From Candidatus Latescibacterota bacterium (lineage in GTDB: Bacteria > Latescibacterota > Latescibacteria > Latescibacterales > Latescibacteraceae), in assembly GCA_016927495.1 (NCBI GenBank), contig JAFGMP010000259.1:1-49303 (forward strand): 49,303 nt of DNA, read 5' to 3'. This document shows, piece by piece, positions 17,285-26,097 of this stretch. The notes under the pieces are model-generated. The model searched no databases, had not been told where the DNA came from, and saw nothing but the letters and a program-made list of their open reading frames with translations. The first letter of the stretch is position 1. Each line of letters opens with the position of its first letter. Both the position numbers and the translations under genes were made by a program.

Positions 17285-20056
17285 ATGAAGCACGTTTTTG
17301 TTATCTTTCTGGTATTAATTATGATTCCACTGATTACATTTGCAGACAACAATGGGGAGAAATCGAATATGACACGAATAGCGCATTATGTCGCCAGTAC
17401 TCACTGGGATCGTGAGTGGTATGAACCGTTCCAGGGATTTCGTATGCGTTTGGTTTCGATGCTGGACGAAGTGTATGATACCTTCGACAAAGATAAAGCG
17501 TTCAAAGCATTTGTTATGGACGGTCAGACTATCCCGGTATGCGACTATCTCGAAATCCGACCGGAAAACCGTGCCAGGATTGAGGAGTATGTAAAGGCTG
17601 ACAAATTTAAACTCGGACCGTGGTATGTCCTGCCTGATGAATGGCTTGTCTCCGGCGAATCCCTTGTACGGAACCTTCAGATGGGTATGGAAACCGCGTC
17701 CTCATTCGGAGCGCCGTCCTCACGTGCCGGTTTTATGTGCGATATGTTCGGCCATGTGGGGCAAATGCCGCAGATATTCGACCAGATGAATATTTCCGCC
17801 GCTTTTGTCTGGCGAGGTACGCTCGAAAAAGAACTTCACGGCCATTTTAACTGGAAAGCCCCCGATGGCACTATCATTCCTACATATCGTTTCGCACGGA
17901 CGGGATATTGCACCTATGCGTTTGATGTACGTAACGCAACAAGTGATGAACCGTTCGATCTTGACAAAGCGGTCGATAAACTGGTCGCATTCGTCGAAAT
18001 GCAGTCCAATCGTTCTAAAGTAAAACCGATTCTGGTATTTGACGGCGGCGATCATCTCGAAATCGAACCGCAGACAAGTAAACTTCTGGCACTTGCCAAT
18101 AAAAAACTCGAATCTCAGGGAATTACAATAGTCCACAGCACACTCGACAATTATATCGATGACCTCCTTAAAGAACGGTCGAACATCCCAAAGACGCTCG
18201 AAGGTGAATTGCGTGAAAGCAGCCGTGACCCCGGTTCAATCGATGAGCAATGGTTGATTCCCGGTGTTCTGTCAAGCCGTATTCATCTGAAACAGCGTAA
18301 TGCGTTGTGTGAGGATGAATTATGCCTGTGGGCCGAACCGTTCAGCGCCTTTGCCGGGAATATAGGTTATATGTATCCTGCGAGTTATCTATACACATCA
18401 TGGAAACATCTCATCGAAAATCATCCGCATGACAGTATATGCGGCTGTTCCATCGATCAGGTACATCAGGATATGATCTATCGCTTTGACCAGTCGTACG
18501 GCATATCGTCACGGCTGACCGAAAAGGCGCTCAATACCGTTGCGCTGGCCGCCGCACCCCAAGACATGCCGGATAATAGTATAATGTTGGCGGTTTTCAA
18601 CGCCACCGCGGAAAAAATAGATGAACCGGTCGATCTCGATATCCCGTTACCTACAAACTGGCCGAAACGGTATCAGGAATTTTTCGGGTATGAGGAAAAG
18701 TTTTCGTTCAAACTGTTCGATGCACAGGGTGAGGAAATACCGTACCAGCTTGTCTCGCAGGTTCGTGACAGCAAAGGATTCAGACGTCTTCGCTATAAAT
18801 TCCCGAAAGGAGACAATCGTCACATAGTTACCGTGACAGCCCGATTACATGTCCCGTCATTCGGCTATACCACAGTCATGGTTGAACCTGTGGATGGCCC
18901 GACGCGCTATCTTGGTTCCATGGCGCTTTCCCATCGCTCCATCGGAAATGAATTTTTGACGGTACAGACCGAGTCGAACGGAACTATTACCATTAGGGAT
19001 AAACGAAACGGGAAACAGTATGACCAGTTACTGACATTCGAGGATTGTGCCGATATTGGTGATGGCTGGTATCATGGTCTTGCGGTCAACGACCTGAGAT
19101 ATCTGAGTTCCGCTTCGGGCGCTGATGTGGCCCTTATCGCCGATGGCATAAACAAGGCTACGCTCAGAATCACGGTTACTATGAACGTGCCTGAGGAATT
19201 CGATTTCGCAAAGATGATGAGGAGAGAGCAGACCGCTCCGCTGAAAATTGTTTCCGATGTTACGCTCCGTAAAGGTTCGGACAGGGTCGAGGTAACCACA
19301 ACCGTCGATAACACAATCCTTGACCACCGTGTTCGTGTTCTCTTCCCGACACATATCGATGGTGACACATACCTCAGCGATTCGGCATATGATGTGGTCA
19401 GACGTCCCGTTGCTTTGAAAGAGGACAATAACATCCGCCGTGAACTCGATGTGGAAACACGTCCCCAGATCACCTGGACCGCATTCGGTGACGGGAAATC
19501 AGGTCTTGCAGTTGTGAGTCGTGGATTGCCTGAAAACGCGGTTATCAACATACCCGATCGTCCCATAACGCTAACATTGTTACGGGCATTTCGCCGTGCC
19601 GTGATGGCAAACGACAATCCCGGCGGACAGATTCAGGGGACGCATACCTTTAACTATGATATTGTTCCGGTTGTTGGAGAGATTCCGGTCAACAAGCTGT
19701 TTCTGTTAGGACAGCGTGTGAACAGACCTGTGCAAGTTGTCGATATTTTGCCGATCGATGCAGCGAAAAAGTCCGGTGCAAAGACTCTACCCCGCGAGTT
19801 ATCATTCCTGAACGTTGAGGGTAAAGCGGTAGTAACTTCGGTTCAACGAGATAACGATCACTTACTTGTCAGGCTGTTTAATCCACATGGTACAACTGAA
19901 AAAGTTACGTTGGAATTACAAAATGCTCCGGTGAATGCAAAATGTGTGGCTCTGGATGGCCGTGATGATACCAAAACAACCGTTTTATCACAGGGAAAAG
20001 TTACGGAGGTACTTGTACCGCCCAAACGTATCGCTACGATAAGGTTTAAGGAATAA
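17285..20056 (+). CDS. Glycoside hydrolase family 38 alpha-mannosidase-like enzyme with N-terminal signal or anchor
   Basis: The start was moved to the ATG at 17285, after GGAGGGA. It has a hydrophobic N-terminus (MKHVFVIFLVLIMIPLITFA), the GH38 N-terminal metal-site motif ASTHWDREWY, HPHDSICGCS, and a length (~920 aa) typical of the family. Confidence 0.88.
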   Translation: MKHVFVIFLVLIMIPLITFADNNGEKSNMTRIAHYVASTHWDREWYEPFQGFRMRLVSMLDEVYDTFDKDKAFKAFVMDGQTIPVCDYLEIRPENRARIEEYVKADKFKLGPWYVLPDEWLVSGESLVRNLQMGMETASSFGAPSSRAGFMCDMFGHVGQMPQIFDQMNISAAFVWRGTLEKELHGHFNWKAPDGTIIPTYRFARTGYCTYAFDVRNATSDEPFDLDKAVDKLVAFVEMQSNRSKVKPILVFDGGDHLEIEPQTSKLLALANKKLESQGITIVHSTLDNYIDDLLKERSNIPKTLEGELRESSRDPGSIDEQWLIPGVLSSRIHLKQRNALCEDELCLWAEPFSAFAGNIGYMYPASYLYTSWKHLIENHPHDSICGCSIDQVHQDMIYRFDQSYGISSRLTEKALNTVALAAAPQDMPDNSIMLAVFNATAEKIDEPVDLDIPLPTNWPKRYQEFFGYEEKFSFKLFDAQGEEIPYQLVSQVRDSKGFRRLRYKFPKGDNRHIVTVTARLHVPSFGYTTVMVEPVDGPTRYLGSMALSHRSIGNEFLTVQTESNGTITIRDKRNGKQYDQLLTFEDCADIGDGWYHGLAVNDLRYLSSASGADVALIADGINKATLRITVTMNVPEEFDFAKMMRREQTAPLKIVSDVTLRKGSDRVEVTTTVDNTILDHRVRVLFPTHIDGDTYLSDSAYDVVRRPVALKEDNNIRRELDVETRPQITWTAFGDGKSGLAVVSRGLPENAVINIPDRPITLTLLRAFRRAVMANDNPGGQIQGTHTFNYDIVPVVGEIPVNKLFLLGQRVNRPVQVVDILPIDAAKKSGAKTLPRELSFLNVEGKAVVTSVQRDNDHLLVRLFNPHGTTEKVTLELQNAPVNAKCVALDGRDDTKTTVLSQGKVTEVLVPPKRIATIRFKE

Positions 20057-20105
20057 AACGATTATTTGACCTTAAAAAGTTATAATAATGATAATTATAT
20101 GATCT

Positions 20106-20174
20106 GTCATTCTGAACGAAGTGAAGAATCTGTTTTTTATTATTTTTGAGACTCTTCGTTTCAATCAGAGTGAC
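20106..20174 (+). repeat. 69-nt imperfect palindromic element, copy A (GTCATTCTGAACGAAGTGAAGAATCT / U-rich loop / GAGACTCTTCGTTTCAATCAGAGTGAC)
   Basis: Near-identical to 44280..44348. The left arm is 26/26 identical, the right arm 26/27, and both loops are 16 nt and T-rich. It lies 50 nt after the GH38 stop. Confidence 0.9.
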
Positions 20175-20211
20175 AAACAGCATTGTGAAATGGATTAATA
20201 AAGAGAAACAT

Positions 20212-20655
20212 ATGTCAAAAATTCTACAGCATTATAGTATTTCTGTTGAAATGAATGCCGATCAGAAAGATATCGATTTTGTTTCCGAACATTTGAGCGC
20301 TGATGCCGAATTGAAAGCGAACTCACCCAAAAACCATCATAAATTATCGGTTTTCGCTCGTAACAATGAAGCTAATCTGGTCGGAGGCCTGGTTGCCGAT
20401 ATTGCCTGGGGCTGGCTATATATCCTGAAAATCTGGATTCAGGAAAGCCACCGTTTTCAGGGAATAGGAACACAACTTCTTAAAACGGCTGAGGCCGAGG
20501 CAATAAAATACGGTTGTCGGTATGCCTATCTCGATACTTTCAGTTTTCAGGCCCGGCCATTATATGAAAAGCTTGGATATGAGGTTTTCGGGACGCTTGA
20601 AAATTATCCTCCGGGACACAAGAAATATTTTATGCGGAAATTGCTGGATAGTTGA
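20212..20655 (+). CDS. GNAT-family N-acetyltransferase
   Basis: Acetyl-CoA binding motif A, HRFQGIGTQLLKTAEAEAIKYG, then LDTFSFQARPLYEKLGYEVFG. The start was moved to the ATG at 20212 because the track start (20146) lies inside the palindromic repeat. Confidence 0.85.
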   Translation: MSKILQHYSISVEMNADQKDIDFVSEHLSADAELKANSPKNHHKLSVFARNNEANLVGGLVADIAWGWLYILKIWIQESHRFQGIGTQLLKTAEAEAIKYGCRYAYLDTFSFQARPLYEKLGYEVFGTLENYPPGHKKYFMRKLLDS

Positions 20656-20682
20656 TACATTCCTTAAGAAAGAACATGTGTA

Positions 20683-23178
20683 ATGAAAAAAATGTGTGTT
20701 ACCTTCTGTTTTTTAGGAATGATGTTTTTTGCCGCTGAAATTATTTCTGCCGAAAGCTGGATACGGGTCAATCAGCTTGGGTATCTACCCGGTTCGATTA
20801 AAAACGCAGTACTGGTCAGTAAAGACACGAATTCGGTTTCCGGCTTCGAACTGTGCGATGCCCTGACCGATGAAGTGGTTTATACATCAGACAACATCAA
20901 ACAATTCGGATCCTATGCTGCATTTTCACATGGTTATCGTCTTGACTTCTCGGATTTTAAGAAACGAGGGGCATATTATGTCAAAGCCGGTACGGCACAA
21001 TCCCCTCATTTCAGAATTGCGACCGATGTATATGACGGAACCGCCGATTTTCTGCTGAACTACATGCGACAGCAGCGATGCGGATATAATCCCTGTCTCA
21101 GGGATTCCTGCCATGTTCATGACGGGTATATCATCTACCATCCGACGCTCGATTCCACCTATATCGATGTAACCGGCGGATGGCATGATGCTTCCGACTA
21201 CCTCCAGTATGTCACTACATCGGCGAATGCCACTTTCCAGATGTTGTTTGCATGGCAGCAGAATCCCGGTTCTTTCGGTGACTCGTATGATGCGACCGGA
21301 CTACCCGGTGCAAATGGTATACCCGATATACTCGACGAGGCAAAATGGGGACTCGACTGGCTGGTAAAGATGAATCCCCGAAAAGACTTCATGTTCAACC
21401 AGATTGCGGATGACCGTGACCATTCTGGATTTCGCCTCCCCAACAGCGACTCGACAAGTTACGGTAAAGGTCTCGAACGGCCGGTTTATTTCTGCACCGG
21501 AAAGCCTCAGGGACTGTTCGAACATAAAAACAGGGCTAACGGTATCGCATCGACAGCAGGTAAATACGCTTCGGCGTTTGCTCTCGGGTCGCAGGTGCTC
21601 AGGGACTATTATCCCGAATTTGCCGAGACCATCGAACAAAAGGCGGTCGATGCCTATGATTATGGCGTTCGTAATCCGGGTGTGTGCCAGACAGCACCAT
21701 GTCTTGCGCCGTACTTTTACGAGGAGGATAACTGGGTCGATGATATGGAACTGGCGGCATATCAGTTGTATGAACTGACCGGAAACCGAAAATACCTCGG
21801 TGAAGCATCGCAGTATGGCAAACAGGAGCAGTTCACTCCCTGGATGGGCAGCGAAAAAGCCCGTCACTACCAGTGGTATCCCTTCGTAAACCTCGGACAC
21901 TACTTTTGCGCGAAATCTGAAGACAGTAACGACAGCAGAGAGTTTGTGTCGTATCTGAAGAAAGGTATCGATAATGTCTGGCAACGCGGGAAAGACAATC
22001 CGTTTTTGATGGGTGTACCGTTCATATGGTGTTCCAATAATCTTGTTGCGGCGCTAATCACCCAATGTCGCCTGTACCGTGAGGTGACAGGAGATACTGC
22101 CTATGCCGAAATGGAAGCCTCGATGCGTGACTGGCTGTTCGGCTGTAATCCCTGGGGTACGAGTATGATTGTCGGTCTCCCAAAATACGGCGATTACCCC
22201 GACGACACACACTCGTCTTTAGCCGCAGTGTATAATATTCAGGTTTGGGGTGGGCTGGTGGATGGCCCGGTGTATGGTTCGGTGTTCGACAGTCTGATCG
22301 GGTTAACGCTTTACAACGGTGACGAATACGCCGACTTCCAGTCCGATCTGGTAGTGTATCACGATGATTACGGCGACTATTCCACCAACGAACCGACCAT
22401 GGACGGCACCGCAAGCCTGACATATTATCTGTCCTCAATGCAGAAGGACGGAATGAATGCGAGAGTGGATCGCAACCTGGTGTTTGATTATGGCGGCGTT
22501 GTCCGTACCGATCCCACAATGAAAGAAATTAACCTGGTGTTCACCGCGCACGGTTTTGTGGACGGCTATGAAACCATCAGGTCGGTATTAAACAAACACG
22601 GTATCAAAGCCGGATTTTTCTTCACCGGAGATTTTTACCGTACTCCCGAATTTGCCCGTATGGTTCATGCGCTAAAAGCTGATGGCATGTATATAGGCGC
22701 TCATTCAGACAAACATATCCTCTATGCACCCTGGGAAAACCGTGACTCGACATTGGTTTCCAAAGACGAGTTTCTAACCGACCTTAAGGGCAATTACGCC
22801 GAGATGGCCAAATTCGGGATAACGAAGAAAGATGCGCCGTATTATATGCCGCCGTACGAGTGGTACAACGACGAAATCAGTGACTGGTGCAAAGAGTACG
22901 GACTCATCCTGATCAACCTGACCCCGAACACTTGGGTGAATCAGGACTGGACAGTACCGGTACCGGAGGGTCCCTATTACAGCAGTGACGAACTTCTCGG
23001 GAAACTTAAGAATTTTGAGATCAACGATGAACATGGCCTGAACGGCACCATTCTTCTCATTCATTTCGGCACCGATCCGCGAAGGACTGACAAGTTATAC
23101 AACCGTCTCGACAGCCTGATCACCGAGTTAAAAGGGAAGGGATACCGGTTTACATCGCTGAGAGAAACGATACGGTAG
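20683..23178 (+). CDS. Secreted GH9 glycoside hydrolase fused to a C-terminal CE4-like polysaccharide deacetylase domain
   Basis: 831 aa. Signal peptide MKKMCVTFCFLGMMFFAAEIISA, followed by an N-terminal Ig-like module. GH9 motifs GGWHDASDYLQY and YHDDYGDYSTNEPTMDGTA. The last ~225 aa (from nt ~22495) read like a NodB-homology deacetylase (INLVFTAHGFVDG...GIKAGFFFTGDFY...GAHSDKH). Confidence 0.8.
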   Translation: MKKMCVTFCFLGMMFFAAEIISAESWIRVNQLGYLPGSIKNAVLVSKDTNSVSGFELCDALTDEVVYTSDNIKQFGSYAAFSHGYRLDFSDFKKRGAYYVKAGTAQSPHFRIATDVYDGTADFLLNYMRQQRCGYNPCLRDSCHVHDGYIIYHPTLDSTYIDVTGGWHDASDYLQYVTTSANATFQMLFAWQQNPGSFGDSYDATGLPGANGIPDILDEAKWGLDWLVKMNPRKDFMFNQIADDRDHSGFRLPNSDSTSYGKGLERPVYFCTGKPQGLFEHKNRANGIASTAGKYASAFALGSQVLRDYYPEFAETIEQKAVDAYDYGVRNPGVCQTAPCLAPYFYEEDNWVDDMELAAYQLYELTGNRKYLGEASQYGKQEQFTPWMGSEKARHYQWYPFVNLGHYFCAKSEDSNDSREFVSYLKKGIDNVWQRGKDNPFLMGVPFIWCSNNLVAALITQCRLYREVTGDTAYAEMEASMRDWLFGCNPWGTSMIVGLPKYGDYPDDTHSSLAAVYNIQVWGGLVDGPVYGSVFDSLIGLTLYNGDEYADFQSDLVVYHDDYGDYSTNEPTMDGTASLTYYLSSMQKDGMNARVDRNLVFDYGGVVRTDPTMKEINLVFTAHGFVDGYETIRSVLNKHGIKAGFFFTGDFYRTPEFARMVHALKADGMYIGAHSDKHILYAPWENRDSTLVSKDEFLTDLKGNYAEMAKFGITKKDAPYYMPPYEWYNDEISDWCKEYGLILINLTPNTWVNQDWTVPVPEGPYYSSDELLGKLKNFEINDEHGLNGTILLIHFGTDPRRTDKLYNRLDSLITELKGKGYRFTSLRETIR

Positions 23179-23228
23179 GGATAAGGCAGGATAGTTTTTT
23201 TATTGCATTCTTTTTAATGTAAATCATA

Positions 23229-23256
23229 GTAGGGACAGGATATATCCTGTCCCTAC
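23229..23256. terminator. Perfect 28-bp palindrome between convergent genes, probable bidirectional terminator
   Basis: GTAGGGACAGGATA|TATCCTGTCCCTAC lies between the GH9-CE4 stop (23178) and the fprA stop (23308). There is a T-run upstream (23205..23211) but no clean T-run after it. Confidence 0.5.
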
Positions 23257-23307
23257 AAACCAGCACTTATCGCAAATACCATATAAAATACAACAACTTG
23301 TTAAAGG

Positions 23308-24519
23308 TTATTCCGTGACTAATTCATCCACTTCAATGATTCCTTCTTCACGGTGTTTCTGCTCTATTTGATCCGCAAGATCGTCCAAAGCCTTAAAATG
23401 TTCTTCCCTCGGATAGCCCTTGATCAATACCGGTTTGAGCAGTTCCGCTTTTATATTCGGAATCATACTTGTTAAAATATCCAGCGATTTCCCGCCCCAA
23501 CCGTACGATCCGATGACAGAGGCATATTTCAGCTTGGGCCGTAGCGCATTCGCGAGATATGCGCCATAAACAGCCAGAGGATGCGGCCCGGTCAACACCG
23601 TTGGCGTTCCGATAACGATTGTCGCGGTATCGACCAGCGCCATTGCCAGTTCACCGATATCGGTATGCGTAAGGTTGAACGGTTTCACGGTGATACCTCT
23701 TTTCACCAGCGCATCGGTCAGGTATTCAACCATTCGTGCGGTACTGTGATGCATCGAGACATATGGTATTACCACCTCATTTTTTACAGTGTCGGATATC
23801 CAGTCACGGTATGCGTCCATAATAAGTTTCGGTTCACGGTAAATGGGGCCGTGACTTGGTGCAATCATATTAATGTCCAGCGGCTCCAGCTTTTTCATAT
23901 TGCTCCTGATGGGAATTCTGAACGGCATCATTATTTCAGCATAGTACCGTTTCGCCGCCTGAAGAACCTGTGCATTATCGGTTACATACAGGTCGCTTGT
24001 TGCAAGATGCGAACCGAAAAAGTCACAGGTAAAGAGCAGTTTTTCCTCTCTGAGATAAGACACCATCGTCTCCGGCCAGTGTACCCAGGGAGTATGGATA
24101 AACTGTAACGTTCTGTTGCCTATTGACAGGATTTCACCATCAGAAACAACCTTGAATTGCTTTTCCGGTATACCCAACAGGTCAATGAGCATATCTTTGC
24201 ACTTAGCCGTACACACAACCTGTGCATCGGAAAATTTTTGGAGTATGACCGGAATCGACCCGGAATGATCCTGTTCCGCATGATTAGCTATGATATAATC
24301 GATATGACCGGGATTGAGTTGCCCAAGGTTTCGCAAGAGTACATCCGTTTTTGACGGATCGACGGTATCGATTAGGGCTGTTTTTTCAGTTCCCTGTACA
24401 AGATATGAATTGTAACTGGTGCCGTCGGGCAGGGGAATGAGTTCATCAAATAACCTTCGGTCCCAATCAATAGCTCCGACAGCATTAACATTCGATTTAA
24501 TTTCATTGTATGCAGTCAT
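23308..24519 (-). CDS. fprA: Flavodiiron protein (A-type flavoprotein, O2/NO reductase)
   Basis: 403 aa. Metallo-beta-lactamase-like domain with the diiron motif HAEQDHSG, followed by a flavodoxin-like domain (IVIGTPTVLTGPHP). Confidence 0.9.
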   Translation of the reverse strand: MTAYNEIKSNVNAVGAIDWDRRLFDELIPLPDGTSYNSYLVQGTEKTALIDTVDPSKTDVLLRNLGQLNPGHIDYIIANHAEQDHSGSIPVILQKFSDAQVVCTAKCKDMLIDLLGIPEKQFKVVSDGEILSIGNRTLQFIHTPWVHWPETMVSYLREEKLLFTCDFFGSHLATSDLYVTDNAQVLQAAKRYYAEIMMPFRIPIRSNMKKLEPLDINMIAPSHGPIYREPKLIMDAYRDWISDTVKNEVVIPYVSMHHSTARMVEYLTDALVKRGITVKPFNLTHTDIGELAMALVDTATIVIGTPTVLTGPHPLAVYGAYLANALRPKLKYASVIGSYGWGGKSLDILTSMIPNIKAELLKPVLIKGYPREEHFKALDDLADQIEQKHREEGIIEVDELVTE

Positions 24520-24568
24520 GATTTAACCCTTTCATTAACATCTATTTATAAAACTTGATATATTATTA

Positions 24569-24594
24569 ATGGTATTCTGGTATTAAAATACCAT
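24569..24594. promoter_or_regulatory. Candidate operator upstream of fprA: three GGTATT/AATACC half-sites
   Basis: GGTATT (24571..24576) followed by the palindrome GGTATT-aa-AATACC (24579..24592), 50-75 nt upstream of the fprA start. It overlaps a possible minus-strand TTGACA (24607..24612) / TATTTT (24585..24590) promoter. Confidence 0.25.
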
Positions 24595-24686
24595 AAATAA
24601 TTTTTTTGTCAAGAAAAAAGTATGGTGCTTGACAGATTCACATTGAATTGGTTATGTTCAAATAATGATAATTTTTGTTATGCGAT

Positions 24687-24720
24687 GAGATTGCTTCGTC
24701 ATTTCAATTCTCGCAATGAC
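24687..24720. repeat. Solo arm resembling the right arm of the 69-nt palindromic element
   Basis: GAGATTGCTTCGTCATTTCAATTCTCGCAATGAC versus GAGACTCTTCGTTTCAATCAGAGTGAC. They share GAGAyT..CTTCGT..TTCAAT..TGAC. No partner arm is nearby. Confidence 0.35.
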
Positions 24721-25035
24721 TTAAAAAATATACATGAAATACCGTCTTTTGAACATTTTCATCACTAGCAAAAATAAAGGTATTAACTAAAGAGTTTAGA
24801 GTATATACTAAATCCGTTTATCCCTTTAGTTCAGCAACGTTTATAAGTATGTTATATTTCTTTTCTTTGAAAGTAACATGATGGTAAAACAGACAGCTAA
24901 AGCAGTCTGTTTTTGTGGTTTGTACCTTTAACAACATGCTTTAGCTTGCTGTTGAATTTCCCCGGTTTTTTTAGCTTAACTAAGGGGATAACAGGAAAAG
25001 AAATTTTAACTCCTAATTTAAATAAGGAGGAATAT

Positions 25036-26070
25036 ATGGGGACATATAATGTCGGTATCGTCGGTTTTGGCTGGGCGGCTGGCGCACATCTGAAATCCTT
25101 TACAGAACTCCCGGAATTCGAACCGGTTGCTATCATGACTCGAAGCGAACTCGATCCCGGACGAATTAAAGCAGAATACGGTGTCGATGTTCGTGTTTAC
25201 AACGATTTTGATGCTATCATTAATGACGAAAACATCGATATTATCGATATCTGCACTCCTCACCCGTGCCATGCCGAACAGGTAATTAAAGCGGCGGACG
25301 CCGGAAAACATCTCATAATAGAAAAGCCTGTTGCGCTCAATTTTAAGGACATGAAAAAAATGCTCGAAGCTGTCGAACGGAATAAAACAATGACCTCAGT
25401 TTGTTTCGAGGTGCGGTTCATTTCCGTTGCAAAAGCCATGAAGTCAATTATTCAGGAGGGGCAAATCGGCGATGTATATTATGCCGAGTGTGATTACTTT
25501 CACGGGATCGGCCCCTGGTACAAGCAATTTGACTGGAACGTAAAAAAAGACATCGGCGGCAGTTCGCTCCTCACAGCGGGATGTCATGCGCTCGATCTGT
25601 TGCTCTGGCTTACCGATTTTGAGGTTGAGGAAGTATTCTCCTACTCGACCAGGAATCCGAACAAAGTGTTTAAGGCATATGAATATGACTCCACATCGGT
25701 TACGCTTCTCAAATTCAAAGGCAATAAGATCATCGGCAAAGTGGCGTCGGTAATCGATTGTATGCAGCCCTATGTTTTTAATATGAATATGGTCGGTTCT
25801 CACGGCTCAATCAAAAACAATCTGTTTTACAGCAAAAAAATCGAGGGGTTAAACGGCTGGAGTATTCTGGATGTCCAGCTTGTTGACAGTGGTGATGTGG
25901 CTCATCACCCTTATCGTGAGCAGTTCGCATATTTTGCCAAATGCATCGATAGTGGCCAGGAAAGCCATAACAGCCTGGGTAACACATTTGAAACTCACAG
26001 GGTGATTTTCGCTGCGGATAAATCGGCCAAAACAGGCAAACCGGTAAAGCTGAGCGAGTTTAAGGTTTAA
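25036..26070 (+). CDS. Gfo/Idh/MocA-family oxidoreductase (cytoplasmic)
   Basis: The start was moved to the ATG at 25036, after AAGGAGG (25024..25030). Rossmann segment YNVGIVGFGWAAGAH, IIEKPVAL motif, no signal peptide. Confidence 0.9.
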   Translation: MGTYNVGIVGFGWAAGAHLKSFTELPEFEPVAIMTRSELDPGRIKAEYGVDVRVYNDFDAIINDENIDIIDICTPHPCHAEQVIKAADAGKHLIIEKPVALNFKDMKKMLEAVERNKTMTSVCFEVRFISVAKAMKSIIQEGQIGDVYYAECDYFHGIGPWYKQFDWNVKKDIGGSSLLTAGCHALDLLLWLTDFEVEEVFSYSTRNPNKVFKAYEYDSTSVTLLKFKGNKIIGKVASVIDCMQPYVFNMNMVGSHGSIKNNLFYSKKIEGLNGWSILDVQLVDSGDVAHHPYREQFAYFAKCIDSGQESHNSLGNTFETHRVIFAADKSAKTGKPVKLSEFKV

Positions 26071-26097
26071 AACCGGGCGTTGATGCAGTTTATAATT

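Noticed and set aside
20146-20211. Track start of the GNAT ORF (MRLFVSIRVTNSIVKWINKEKH...)
   Set aside because: This 22-aa extension is a translation of the right arm of the 69-nt palindromic repeat and starts at a non-ATG codon. The ATG at 20212 gives a normal GNAT N-terminus.
21301-21984. 227-aa antisense ORF inside the GH9 gene. Similar long antisense ORFs lie at 13034..13621, 19072..19617, 33629..34225, 36344..36898 and 47950..48651.
   Set aside because: All are embedded opposite genes with clear family motifs. They have low-complexity or Arg-rich translations and no start context. I treat them as non-coding.
24878-24931. 17-codon ORF (MMVKQTAKAVCFCGLYL) overlapping the hairpin AAACAGAC-agctaaagca-GTCTGTTT plus a T-run, as a possible leader-peptide attenuator
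   Set aside because: The stem core is only 5 G/C-containing pairs. There is no convincing RBS and no alternative antiterminator pairing that I could find. The evidence is too weak to call.
24913-25035. 41-aa N-terminal extension of the Gfo/Idh/MocA ORF
   Set aside because: A strong AAGGAGG lies 6 nt before the ATG at 25036, and the Rossmann fold begins immediately after it. The extension starts at a non-ATG codon in intergenic-looking DNA.
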